From the NCBI GenBank assembly GCA_965248355.1, contig OZ252098.1, forward strand, positions 1,390,098-1,454,097: a stretch of DNA of 64,000 nucleotides. Reading direction: 5' to 3'. The position numbers were made by a program, and so were the translations under genes. The DNA is from Candidatus Latescibacterota bacterium. Its GTDB lineage: Bacteria > Latescibacterota > UBA2968 > UBA8231. The notes beneath the pieces are model-generated. The model searched no databases, was not told the origin of the DNA, and saw nothing but the letters and a program-made list of their open reading frames with translations. Positions 54,601-63,440 of the stretch are shown here, piece after piece (position 1 is the first letter of the stretch; every line of letters begins with the position of its first letter).

Positions 54601-56511
54601 GTCCTCGGGCGTGGCCGAGCGCCTCGGCAGCAGCCGCAGCCGGCCGTCGATGGCGACCCGGCCGTCGGGCAGGTTCTTGTCGTGGGCGGGACCGAGCTTC
54701 TCCCACTCGGACCCGAAGAGGCCGGGGTCGGCCAGGGCCCGGGTGAGGACGTGGTTGATCATCTCGCTCTGGCGGGCCACGTTGCCGAAGTCGACCCGGT
54801 CGGGGCGGTCCAGGGGGCTGTCGAGGGCCGACCGCCGGTCGGTGGTGGTCACCAGGTTGAGGGCCACCAGACCCACGTCGCGGGCGATCTCGCCGTCCTC
54901 GCGGTAGACGTCCTCGTCGAGGTAGCTGTCCCACGACAGGCCCTTGATGGGGCTGACGAGGTTGACGAGGCCCCGGGGCTCGCGTCCGAGATCCGCGGCC
55001 GCGCCGGCGGCATGGCGCGAGAAGCTGCGCCCGAGGGCGACGAAGAACCGGCGGTGGGCGGACGCACGGGCGCTGTGCACCAGACCGACCTGGTCGGACT
55101 GGCTCGACAGGTCGAGGGCCAGGAAGAGATTGATGTCGAGGCTGTCCGGCTCCAGGCGGATGCCGAGGGAGTCCGGCTTGATGCGCCGGCGCTTCAACTG
55201 GGCCCTGAGCCGCGGCAGGTCGACGGACTCGAGGACCGGTCCGCCGGCCGTGTCGCGCAGCCGCACCCCCAGGGTGTCGAGGGGGATGGCGAGGGCGTCG
55301 GTCTGCCGGACCAGCTTGTCGACCTTCAGGGAATCGGCGACGAAGCGCTTCGGCATGCGGCCGCGGAAGGGGGCCAGCCGGCGCGCGTGCTTGTTGAGCC
55401 ACTGGAACAGCCCCCTGTCGCCCTGGAAGTGGGAGCCCGTGGCCACCAGCACCACCGAGCGCGCCGGCGGGTGGTCGCGCAGGTGGCGCGCCAGCTCGAG
55501 GAGGGCGGCGATGCCGCAGGCGCTCTCGGCGGCCGGCGCCTCCGAGGGAACCACCGAAAGCCCGTCGTAGTAGGCGTGGACGGCGACCAGCTCCTCGGCA
55601 AGGCCGGGCGTGGTGCCGGGCACGCGGCCCCATATCGCCCAGGTCGTGTGCCTCTCGAAGTCCATGCGCGCCCGCAGATGCACGGCGATCTCGCCGTCGC
55701 CGAGGCGCTGCCGCAGACGCAGGGCCGCCTGCCGCCCGAGCCAGAACCTCGGCACGTCGACGGGGGTCCAGCTCCACTTGGTGCGCGACTCGAAGTTCGT
55801 CGTCTCCTCGGGCTCGACGAAGATGATCGCCTGGGCGCCGAGAGCGGCCGCGTTCTTCCAGTTCGTCCAGGTGTTGAACTCCATGAGGACGACGGCGCCC
55901 TCCATGGCATGGCCGTTGAAGTCGGCGTGCTCCCCGGCGCCGCCGTAGAACAGGTGCCCGCGCCGGCCCTCGGGCCCGAGGGTGTTGGTGCGCACCAGGT
56001 TCGGCCACAACGACTGCAGCGGGATCCTCTCCACCACGCCGCCGCCCTCGTCGAGCAGCTCCAGGGAGGCGCCGTGGTCCATGGGCACGACGATCTCGTA
56101 GGGCTCGCGCTGCACCTCGCGGACCCCCGCGGCGCGCAGCTCCCGCTCCACGAAGTAGGCGGCGAAGCGGTCGCCCGGGTAGCCGGCGATCCGCGACCCG
56201 TGGGAGGAGAGCTGGCGGATGGTGTGGGCGATCCGGCCGAAGGCGTCGCCCTCCGCGGGGGCCGCGGCCTTGGCCGGGGCCGTCTCCGCGGCGGAAACCA
56301 GGGCCGGCGCTGCGAGGGCGGCCAAGGCCAGCGCCGACAGGAGCGCCAAGGCAGCGCGCCGGCCGCTCCGGGGGCGCGGCCCGGGAGGGACCGGTGGCGC
56401 GAGGGCCGCCAGGCCGGTGAGAACCCGGCCACTCCAGAGGCGCGGCCGAGGAAGGGGCGGCGGCGCGGCGTCCCAAGCCGCGGCGCGGTGGAGGCGCATC
56501 CCGGCCTTCAT
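51694..56511 (-). CDS. About 1605-aa membrane protein: signal/anchor + PA/M28-peptidase-like domain + large extracytoplasmic region + C-terminal FtsX-like (MacB-type) permease module
   Basis: Start at ATG 56511 (ATGA overlap with the upstream gene). 'ESACGIAALLELARHL...VVLVATGSHFQGDRGLFQW' is M28-like. 'RRRVLRTGLTLTTITMLTFTVLSF' is FtsX TM1. C-terminal 'ERFREIGVYSSVGLAPVHIAFLFVAESCVYGVLGVVIGYVLG' is FtsX TM2–4. The 1908-aa track ORF carries a 303-aa N-terminal antisense extension. Confidence 0.55.
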   Translation of the reverse strand: MKAGMRLHRAAAWDAAPPPLPRPRLWSGRVLTGLAALAPPVPPGPRPRSGRRAALALLSALALAALAAPALVSAAETAPAKAAAPAEGDAFGRIAHTIRQLSSHGSRIAGYPGDRFAAYFVERELRAAGVREVQREPYEIVVPMDHGASLELLDEGGGVVERIPLQSLWPNLVRTNTLGPEGRRGHLFYGGAGEHADFNGHAMEGAVVLMEFNTWTNWKNAAALGAQAIIFVEPEETTNFESRTKWSWTPVDVPRFWLGRQAALRLRQRLGDGEIAVHLRARMDFERHTTWAIWGRVPGTTPGLAEELVAVHAYYDGLSVVPSEAPAAESACGIAALLELARHLRDHPPARSVVLVATGSHFQGDRGLFQWLNKHARRLAPFRGRMPKRFVADSLKVDKLVRQTDALAIPLDTLGVRLRDTAGGPVLESVDLPRLRAQLKRRRIKPDSLGIRLEPDSLDINLFLALDLSSQSDQVGLVHSARASAHRRFFVALGRSFSRHAAGAAADLGREPRGLVNLVSPIKGLSWDSYLDEDVYREDGEIARDVGLVALNLVTTTDRRSALDSPLDRPDRVDFGNVARQSEMINHVLTRALADPGLFGSEWEKLGPAHDKNLPDGRVAIDGRLRLLPRRSATPEDPVPHGAVVLLHDYYPDMWRPWIALADDEGNYAVNGLSRGRMEVHAFLLDEETGEITYATDLGDRAQKIGAWRQGLTKAETVWTTILFETESIEIHDRIHAGFHFTFGNSHRGMKVLDDRGAVPRQYGYVMGDFLERMMVLYGPPEEPLRLVDKSMVLLNNTGAVDELSAQGAGFDLSRRRMIPYATLQSTRDMWRLDEVRMERMREFAIENPRLDALHQRALVAVEKAEEAMAGLDWGRYAKYVREAIGLEYRAYPDVRSTQNDIITGLVFFVALLVPAAFFAERLLFAAPDIRRQIAWFTAIMLVIWVILSQVHPAFELAHPVIVLLALMVMAMAIFVITLVVSRFNAYMAELRQRSAGTASGDLSRSGTAYVAFMLGISNMRRRVLRTGLTLTTITMLTFTVLSFTSFKPAIRFVGFEKDWEPLYRGVLMHDIHWWSWEPPVYDYLHSHFGEAGTVVARTWMTMGFEEEGYIPMRFRGREADALGVLGLTPAEPEVTGIDRALTAGRWFVDPGESSTILAAPLAEQLGISEEEVERGEGPLVRVFGQGWQVVGIYDPLLFEEVRDLNNEPLTPAKEQFEQFNMPGLDQMFMMNDFFMDADIDVGYEHLSAARLAVMPYARLESLGAELMSVAISFDDEVPSRQLIEEYLTRANFRLFVGMPDEEGEPRTYAYSSIGLTSVEGLGALVIPILIAALIVLNTMMGAVYERFREIGVYSSVGLAPVHIAFLFVAESCVYGVLGVVIGYVLGQVGGKVLLSLGLLGGVSLNYSSTAAIGSALLVIAVVLLSSVYPARTAAQLAVPDVVRRWQLPDPEDDVWRFPFPFTVNVKAVDSLCGYLHSFFCSYGHESVGHMYTERTRIVVEEGERAVQLLLWLAPFDMGVSQYLQFTIAPTGNPSICEIQLYIERVSGPVAFWQRLNLGFMLEMRKRFLVWQTLKTDIQEEHAVHCREVSLPAGELELDPVEEIS

Positions 56512-57230
56512 GACGCGCCGGTCCGCCTTCGGAAGCAGGCGTCCCAGTCGGCGGTGGGCTCGAAGCCGAGGATGCGGCGCGCCTTCTCGAAGGTGTAGAT
56601 CCCGGGGCCGCGGAAGGAGAGGACGTTGAAGCTCTGGAAGTCGTCCGGGATCTCCTCCGCCTCCAGGGCCAGCCGGCAGATGTGGTGCAGGTCCTGCCAG
56701 ACCACGGTGAAGGCGGGCGCGTCCCGGGGCTCGGCCGCGGGCTCCGGCGCCGGGCCCAGACCGTTGAAGACGAAGTAGGCGGTCTGGATGCCGTGGGCCT
56801 GGGCGAAGACCCGGCAGATCTCGGCGCTCAGCCACTTGGAGAGGACGTAGCAGCCGGTGCCCGGCGCGGCGGGCGCGTCGTCGACGCCGAAGTCGTGATC
56901 GTAGGCCGAGCGCACGGCCTGGGGGCCGGAGTGGATGACCTTGCGGATGCCCAGCTCGGCGGCGGCCTTCATCACGTGCCAGGCGCCGGCGGTGTTGACG
57001 TCGAAGCTGTCCACGGGGTGCTCGCGCACGACCGTGAAGTTCATGATCGCGTCCATGCCCCGGGCCGCCTCCAGCACCTGCTCGTAGGAGCGCACGTCCA
57101 CCCTCTCCACAGGGCGGCCCTCCGGGTGGTCCTGCACGTCGGTGAGGCGCAGCTCGTAGTCCTTCTCCAGGCCCGGGGTGAGATAGGGCCCGACCAGACC
57201 GGAGGCGCCCAGGAAAAGGATCTTCTTCAT
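56508..57230 (-). CDS. NAD(P)-binding epimerase/dehydratase-like (atypical short SDR) protein
   Basis: 'MKKILFLGASGLVGPYL' Rossmann motif. About 240 aa. Confidence 0.55.
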   Translation of the reverse strand: MKKILFLGASGLVGPYLTPGLEKDYELRLTDVQDHPEGRPVERVDVRSYEQVLEAARGMDAIMNFTVVREHPVDSFDVNTAGAWHVMKAAAELGIRKVIHSGPQAVRSAYDHDFGVDDAPAAPGTGCYVLSKWLSAEICRVFAQAHGIQTAYFVFNGLGPAPEPAAEPRDAPAFTVVWQDLHHICRLALEAEEIPDDFQSFNVLSFRGPGIYTFEKARRILGFEPTADWDACFRRRTGAS

Positions 57231-57997
57231 GCGCCGGCTCCGGCCGCCCACTGGCGGTGGAAGTCGTGCCGGGGCTCGAAGCCCATCTCGCGAATACCGT
57301 CGAGGAGGAACTTCGGGTGCGGGGGCTGATGGCAGACGTGCCGCACCTGCCAGCGCCCCACCCAGTTGCGGGACCCCGCCCGGTCCCGGCCCAGGGCCAG
57401 CTCCACGGCGGCGGCCGCATCCCGCGGATCGAGCCAGGTCAGGTCCGGTTCGGTGCCCTCGGCGACTTCGTCCTCGCGGGCCAGGCGTCCCAGCCGCAGC
57501 ACGGTGACGGTGACGGCGTGGTCGCGGGCGAACTCCCGGGTGACCTGCTCGGCCAGGTGATACGCCAGGCGACTCATGGCCGTCCCCGGCCGCGGACGCT
57601 GTTGCTCGGAGACGTACACGTCGTCCGGGACCTCGTGGAACACCTCCAGGGAGCTGCAGTAGACGAGGCGCGACACACCCGACTCGACTGCGGCCTGCAG
57701 CAGGGCGCGGGTCCCGCGCGTGGCCCGGTCGAGGAGGGCGCGCTCGCACTCGTAGGAATCGGCGGGCGGAAGAGCGGGAGGCCCGGCCGGGCCGGTATGG
57801 ACGATGGCGTCGACCCCGGCCACCGCGAGGCAGGCGCCGTCGGCATCGTACAGGTCGGCGTCGACGACCTCGAGGCCGGAGGCGTCCGGTGCTTCGGCGC
57901 CCGGGGGGCGGGCGACCCGGAGCCGGTGATCCCCGGAGAGCCTGTCCAGGAGGACGCGGCCCATGCGGCTCGTACCCTCGGATACAAGAATCCGCAT
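57227..57997 (-). CDS. NAD(P)-binding domain protein (NmrA/epimerase-like)
   Basis: 'MRILVSEGTSRMGRVLLDRL' Rossmann-like N-terminus. ATGA coupling to the downstream gene. Confidence 0.5.
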   Translation of the reverse strand: MRILVSEGTSRMGRVLLDRLSGDHRLRVARPPGAEAPDASGLEVVDADLYDADGACLAVAGVDAIVHTGPAGPPALPPADSYECERALLDRATRGTRALLQAAVESGVSRLVYCSSLEVFHEVPDDVYVSEQQRPRPGTAMSRLAYHLAEQVTREFARDHAVTVTVLRLGRLAREDEVAEGTEPDLTWLDPRDAAAAVELALGRDRAGSRNWVGRWQVRHVCHQPPHPKFLLDGIREMGFEPRHDFHRQWAAGAGA

Positions 57998-58113
57998 GTC
58001 GGGGACAACTCCGGTGAGGATCCGCGCTCGGGCCCGCGCGCGAGTTGGGGAAGGGCTGCCGGCAGAGTGAGTTACGCCGGAAGCGGCAACCTACCGACGC
58101 CCCGGAGGGGCTG

Positions 58114-59319
58114 TCAAGCCAAGGGGCCCGGGCCCGCGGCGGGGTCCTGTCCGCAGAAGTTCAGGGCGGTGGCCGCGTAGACCCGCGCCACCCGCACCAG
58201 CTCGGCCACGGGGACCCGTTCGCCGGTGGTGTGGGCCCCGGTCGCCGCCGGACCATGGGTGATGGCGGGGATCCCGGCTTGCGCGCAGAAGCGGTTGCCG
58301 TCATCGAGGAAGGGCTTGTCCGCCCAGGGCAGGGCGGCGCCGTCCATGGCCTCCACCGCGCCTTGGAAAGCCCTCACGAGGGGGTCCTCCGGGCGCAGCT
58401 CGAAGGCCTCCCCCACGATCTGGAACTCCACCCGGGCCTCGGCGCCGAAGCGGGAGGCCACGGACCCGGCCAGGGCCGCCAGCTCCTCGCGGACCGTCTC
58501 GCCCCGGCCTTGGGAGACCCATCGGCGCGTGCCCTGGAGCCGGCAGGCCACCGGGGCCTGGTTGAAGATCTCCCCCGACCCGAGCTTGCCCACGAAGACG
58601 GAGTCCCGGCCGCTCACCTCGTGGCGGGTCTGGCTCAGGCGCGCGTCCAGATCTCTAAGCTCCCCCACCAGGGCGGCCCCGGCGGCGACCACGTCCGGGG
58701 TCTCCGGGGGCCGCAGGACCTCGTGCACGGCCTCCCCCGGCCGGGTCAGGCGGATGTCGAAGACGCCCATGCCGCGGCCCGCTCCCGGCAGCCGGTCGGC
58801 CAGGTACTCGGGCAGGAGCACGCCGTCGCCCACGTATCCCTCCCGGATGAGGGCCGCCAGCTGACGGCCGTCCCCCCAGGGAGCCTCGTGGTGGTCGTGG
58901 GCGGTGAGCAGGATCCCGCCGGCCCGCGGCAGGCCGGAGTCGCGCAGGGCGCGCAGGGCCTCCACGGCGGCGGCGATTCCGCCCTTCATGTCCGCCGACC
59001 CCGAGCCCGTGAGCACGCCGCCGCGGACGGCCGGCGGCTCGAAGGGCAGGTGCACGATGTCCAGGTGGCCGTTGAACTGCAGCCAGCGCCCCGGGGCGCC
59101 GCTGTCGAGACGGGCGACGACCGCCGGCGACTCCGGCCAGTCGGCGGCCGGACGCTCCACCTCGAAGCCGTCCGCCCGCAACCGCCGGTCCAGCCGCTCC
59201 GCCGCTTCCCCGGCGGATCTCGTGGGGCTGGCCGCGGCGACCAGGTCCACCGCGGTCTCCAGCAGGCGAGTCTCGTCGACGGCCTCGGCCACGGCGCGGT
59301 GATCAGCAGCGCCGGTCAT
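58114..59319 (-). CDS. M20-family metallopeptidase/deacylase (ArgE/DapE/ACY1-like)
   Basis: 'GSGSADMKGGIAA' motif. Strong SD 'GGAGGAGGAG' before ATG 59319. Confidence 0.7.
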   Translation of the reverse strand: MTGAADHRAVAEAVDETRLLETAVDLVAAASPTRSAGEAAERLDRRLRADGFEVERPAADWPESPAVVARLDSGAPGRWLQFNGHLDIVHLPFEPPAVRGGVLTGSGSADMKGGIAAAVEALRALRDSGLPRAGGILLTAHDHHEAPWGDGRQLAALIREGYVGDGVLLPEYLADRLPGAGRGMGVFDIRLTRPGEAVHEVLRPPETPDVVAAGAALVGELRDLDARLSQTRHEVSGRDSVFVGKLGSGEIFNQAPVACRLQGTRRWVSQGRGETVREELAALAGSVASRFGAEARVEFQIVGEAFELRPEDPLVRAFQGAVEAMDGAALPWADKPFLDDGNRFCAQAGIPAITHGPAATGAHTTGERVPVAELVRVARVYAATALNFCGQDPAAGPGPLA

Positions 59320-59387
59320 GCTGTTCTCCTCCTCCACGGCCTCTCCCCTTTCACTGTCACGGGAACTTTGGTAGTCTAAGCCGCACC

Positions 59388-60977
59388 ATGCGCCCGACAC
59401 CACCACCCTACGGCATCATCTACAACTGGGACGGGGCCCCTCACGGGTACGACGAGGTCCCCCAGTCTATGGAGTCCTTCCTGGAGCGCGTCTACGCGCC
59501 GGTGGAACAGACCCAGGTGGGCGCCCTGTTCTGGTGCGTCGGCGAGCACGGGGCGCGCTGGCCCTCGACCGTCCTGGAGCAGCTCGGCGACATCCACTCG
59601 CGGCGCTACGAAGGGGCCGGCCCCCTGGCGCACACCGAGAACATCCGCCTCATGGTCGAGCGCGGGGAGGACCCGCAGGCGGCGCTCATCGAACGCGGCC
59701 GCAGCCTGGGGCTGCAGGTCTACGCCTCGATGCGCATGAACGACAACCACTTCAACGGCGCCCAGGTCTCCGACCTGCCCACCCTGCACCACACGGAGAT
59801 GACCGACCTGCGGCGCCAGCACCCCGAGTGGCTCCTGGGCTCCCGCACCTCCGAGTGGTTCGCCCTCTCCTGGGACATGTCGGTCCCCGAGGTGCGCCGC
59901 CACCGGCTCGAGCACATCCGCGAGGTCTGCGAGCGCTACGACTGGGACGGCGTCGAGCTGGACTGGCAGCGCCACGCCTTCCACCTGCCCGCCGACGACG
60001 CCTTCCGCCTGCGCTACGTCCTCACCGACCTGCAGCGGGCCGTGCGCCGCTGCGCCGACGAGATCGGCCGGAAGCGCGGGAGGCCGCTGTTCGTGGCCGT
60101 GCGGGTCGCCGGCAACCTGCACATGTGCGAGCAGCTCGGCTACGACCTGCCCGCCTGGCTGGAGGAGGGTCTGGTGGACCTCGTCGCGGCCGGCGGCGGG
60201 GCGGCCACCGACCCCGACGTGGACGTGGCCGGTTTCACCGACCTCTGCAGGACCCATGGCGTGCCCATGTACCCCGGCTTCGACGGCGGCCTCCCCGACC
60301 CCTGGGTCGGCCCCGAGCCGGCCGATGACAAGGACCGGCTGCGCACCCGCGCCATCGCCGCCCGCCACTGGCACCAGGGCGCCGACGGGATCTACGCCTT
60401 CAACTGGCACGCCGGCCGGAACAACCGCCGCGAGCTGCTGAACCAGGTCGGCAGCCCGGAGAGCCTGGCCGCCACCGACAAGGTCCATGCCGCCACCCAC
60501 CGGTTCCTCCAGCACGAGGGGGATTGGCGCGGCGCCTACAGCAACGACCGCGTGCGGGGCACGGTCCCGGTGGCCCTCAAGGAGACGATCACCGAATCCG
60601 GCCCGCTGATCCTCCTCGACGTGGCCGACGACTTCGAGACCCACCCGCCCCGCGCCCTGGAGCTGCGCCTCCACCTGAGCGAGTGGGCCCGGGGCGACGA
60701 GGTCACCGTCCGCTGGGACGGCGCCGAGCTGCCGGCGCCCACCGTGACCTACGACACCACCGGCGATCCCCACGGGATCTCGGGGGTGCAGGCCGCCGCG
60801 TGGGTGCGATTCGCACTGGCCCCCGGCCAGGTGAAAGGTGGGCGGCATGGCGTCGAGGTCATCCTGCGGCGACGTCATCCGCAGATGGCCTGCGATCTCG
60901 TGTTGACCGACGTGGAGCTGGTGGTGGCCTACTCGGAAGGCCTGGCCGGCACCCTGCTGGAAGCCGCCGGCTCCTGA
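59388..60977 (+). CDS. Hypothetical TIM-barrel glycosidase-like protein (GHL10/DUF4015-like?)
   Basis: 'RMNDNHF', 'DGVELDWQRH' patterns. No signal peptide. Confidence 0.35.
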   Translation: MRPTPPPYGIIYNWDGAPHGYDEVPQSMESFLERVYAPVEQTQVGALFWCVGEHGARWPSTVLEQLGDIHSRRYEGAGPLAHTENIRLMVERGEDPQAALIERGRSLGLQVYASMRMNDNHFNGAQVSDLPTLHHTEMTDLRRQHPEWLLGSRTSEWFALSWDMSVPEVRRHRLEHIREVCERYDWDGVELDWQRHAFHLPADDAFRLRYVLTDLQRAVRRCADEIGRKRGRPLFVAVRVAGNLHMCEQLGYDLPAWLEEGLVDLVAAGGGAATDPDVDVAGFTDLCRTHGVPMYPGFDGGLPDPWVGPEPADDKDRLRTRAIAARHWHQGADGIYAFNWHAGRNNRRELLNQVGSPESLAATDKVHAATHRFLQHEGDWRGAYSNDRVRGTVPVALKETITESGPLILLDVADDFETHPPRALELRLHLSEWARGDEVTVRWDGAELPAPTVTYDTTGDPHGISGVQAAAWVRFALAPGQVKGGRHGVEVILRRRHPQMACDLVLTDVELVVAYSEGLAGTLLEAAGS

Positions 60978-61329
60978 CGGCCGCCCGACGCCTGGGCGCC
61001 TGAGACCCGTTGCAACCCCCTCTCCGTTGAAGATCACCGCCCTCGAGCTGACGCCGGTGCGCACCCACCGCGAGATGGGACGCCGCGCCCCCAGCGATCC
61101 CGAGCCGGCCGAGTCCCGCCACGTGGTCGTGCAGCTCCACACCAACGCGGGCGTGACCGGGCTCGGCGAGATGTCGGATGTGGGCTGGGAGTTGGACGCC
61201 GGATCCGCCGCCCGCCTGCAGGCCGCCCTGGAGCCGCTGCTGCTCGGCGCCGACGCCTGGCGCCGGGGCCCGCTGCTGGAAGAGCTATCGCGCCGTCCCT
61301 GGGGGAAGTGTACCCCGTCAACTGGACAG

Positions 61330-61810
61330 GAATTGGGCTTGTACAAGCGAGAGTCTCGAGGGGAGGGTCCAGTTCGGCGAGGAATTCTTCAAAGCTCATC
61401 GGGCCCAGATGTAAGTATTGAATGCGCCCTACGGGCATGGTAAAGGTGTGGGAGCCCGCGGCGACAACCGGCAACTCGGGGTGGTCCTCGAGGAAATAGC
61501 GCAGGGCGGGCAGGGCGTGGGGGGTCGCCTGGATTTCGTCGAGGAAGAGTATGCTGCCCGGTGCCAACAGCGGTTGATCCAGGAGCCCTTGGAGTTCCCG
61601 GCGGATGTGCCTCAGGTCCAAGGTCTGGAACACGGGGTCCAGGTCCGGGTGGCGCTCGAGGTTGATTTCGTTGAGGTGCAGGTGATTGGACTGGGCGAAT
61701 TGTCGCACCAGGGTGGATTTGCCCACTTGACGGGCCCCGCGGATGACCAGCGGCTTTCGCTGTGGAGCGGCCAGCCATTTGGCCAGAGCGCGTTCAGCCG
61801 ACCTGTACAT
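61330..61810 (-). pseudogene. N-terminal fragment of a COG1373-type AAA+ ATPase (AAA_14/DUF4143 family), embedded antisense in the enolase gene
   Basis: 'MYRSAERALAKWLAAPQRKPLVIRGARQVGKSTLVRQF...ILFLDEIQ...YLHLGPMSFEEFL' (Walker A 'GARQVGKST', Walker B 'FLDE'). Truncated after about 160 aa. Confidence 0.5.
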
Positions 61811-61820
61811 GATGAATAAG

Positions 61821-61865
61821 AATGCCCCCGTTTTCGTGCGTATAGCGTACGAAAACGGGGGCATT
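61821..61865. terminator. Perfect 17-bp-stem hairpin (aatgcccccgttttcgt...acgaaaacgggggcatt) followed by TTTT, candidate bidirectional rho-independent terminator
   Basis: The inverted repeat is read directly in the sequence. T-rich tracts lie on both sides. Confidence 0.45.
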
Positions 61866-62793
61866 TTGCAAGGAGGGCGCCGAGCTGCCGGCGCCCACCG
61901 TGACCTACTGCTGGAGGAGCTGTCGCGCCGTCCCTGGGAGCACCAGGTCCTCTGCGGCATCGACATGGCCGTGCACGACGCGGTGGCGCGTGAGCTCGGC
62001 GTGCCTCTAACCGCCCTCCTCGGGGGCGCCTTTCGCGACCGCGTCCCCTTCGCCTATCCCCTCGCCTGCTGCCGGGACGAGGCGACGTGGCGGCCAACCT
62101 CGACCGCATCGAGCGCCGCCTCGGCGAGGGGCATGGCGCCTTCCGCTACTACTTCGGCGTCGACCTGGATTGTGACGAGAGCCTCCTCGACCGGGCCCGC
62201 TCCCGCTGGGGCGACGGCCTGACGCTGACCGCCCTCGACGCCAGCGGCCGCTTCTCGCCCGCCGACGCCGTGGCGGCGCTGAAACGCCTGGCGCCCTTTG
62301 CTCCGGACGTCTTCGAGTCCCCGGTGCGCGGCCGGCACCGTGCGCCGGCGGAGGACTTCCTGGCGGTGAAGGCCGAGATCGACGTGCCGATCTCCGAGCA
62401 CACGGCCGACGAAGCCTCAGCCCTGCGGATGGCCCGGGCCGGCGCCGTGGACGTCTTCAACACCGGACTCGGGTACGCCGGCATCGAGCCCTGCCGCCGC
62501 ACCTTCGCCATGGCCCGCCAGTTCGGTCTGGGAACGCTGATGGGCAGCACCGTGGAGATGTCGATCGGCACCGCCGCGAGAGTCCACGTGGCGGCGGCCA
62601 CGGCGAACCTCGATCACGGCTGCTACATGGCGGGCCCCTTGGTGTACCACGAGGACCTAACCGTGGAGCCGGTCCGCTACGAAGAGGGGCAGGTGCTGGT
62701 GCCCGACGGCCCGGGGCTGGGCGTCGAGCTGGATCCCGAGAAGCTGCGGGCGCTGCAGATCTGAGCGGCGCTATTCGATGCGGCTCCAGCCTC

Positions 62794-63402
62794 TCATCGA
62801 AGCAGAGTCAGTTTCCTCATCTTGACGACATCGCCCGCGACGAGACGGGCCAGGTACACCCCGCTGGCAAGGGATTCGTGCCCTTCGGTGTCCCACACGG
62901 CCTCGTAGGCGCCGGGAGAGTGCATCCCGTTGGCCAGAGAGGCCATCGGCTGACCGAGGGCATTGTAGATGGTCAGCGTTACCTGACCGTCCCGGGAGAC
63001 CGTGTAAGGAATCCTCGTCTCGCCGTTGAAGGGGTTGGGATAGTTGCTGTGCAAGGCAGATACGGACGGTTCGGAGAGATGGTGCACAGCTGTCCTGGCA
63101 GGGAGGTAGAGGGCGATGCTTTCTGGACGTTCGTTGTTTCGCCCATAGAGGAAGTGTTCAAAATAAACGGAATGCGCATCTATTTCGTCCCTGTCCAACC
63201 GATGGAGACTCACCCAATCCGCCGCCTGCAATGGGCCCAGCGGACTCGATTGCCAAGTCATCCAGTATACCCGATCACGAGCCAGGGCGATGGGAGTGCG
63301 GTCCCATACAAGAAAGCCATGTGGGTCTCGGTAAAGGCTTTCCCTTTCACCGCCATCCGAATCAATCCTCCACAATCCCTTTTCGTCTGCCCAGTAGATC
63401 AA
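62794..63402 (-). CDS. T9SS/FlgD-Ig-like C-terminal sorting-domain protein with YWTD/NHL-like repeat, 5'-truncated by the IS5 insertion
   Basis: C-terminal '...PNPFNGETRIPYTVSRDGQVTLTIYNALGQPMASL...SGVYLARLVAGDVVKMRKLTLLR*'. The ORF abuts the IS5 end at about 63430. Confidence 0.55.
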   Translation of the reverse strand: MIYWADEKGLWRIDSDGGERESLYRDPHGFLVWDRTPIALARDRVYWMTWQSSPLGPLQAADWVSLHRLDRDEIDAHSVYFEHFLYGRNNERPESIALYLPARTAVHHLSEPSVSALHSNYPNPFNGETRIPYTVSRDGQVTLTIYNALGQPMASLANGMHSPGAYEAVWDTEGHESLASGVYLARLVAGDVVKMRKLTLLR

Positions 63403-63440
63403 CTCTTGTTGACCATCAACAGCAATGTCGTGAACCTATC

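Larger units (their letters stand above)
61027..62764 (+). pseudogene. Enolase-superfamily (mandelate racemase/muconate-lactonizing-enzyme-like) gene disrupted by a roughly 635-bp scrambled insertion (61304–61938)
   Basis: N-terminal capping domain '...VQLHTNAGVTGLGEMS...' up to 61303. Resumes at 61939 'EHQVLCGIDMAVHDAVARELGVPLTALLGG...' and the C-terminal barrel continues to 62764. A 31-bp direct repeat flanks the insertion. Confidence 0.65.

Noticed and set aside
48979-56598. 2539-aa plus-strand ORF spanning both giant membrane-protein genes
   Set aside because: It lies antisense to two minus-strand genes that have clear TM and FtsX motifs. Its own translation is Gly/Arg/Asp-rich and motif-free. 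It is an open frame produced by high GC3 on the coding strand.
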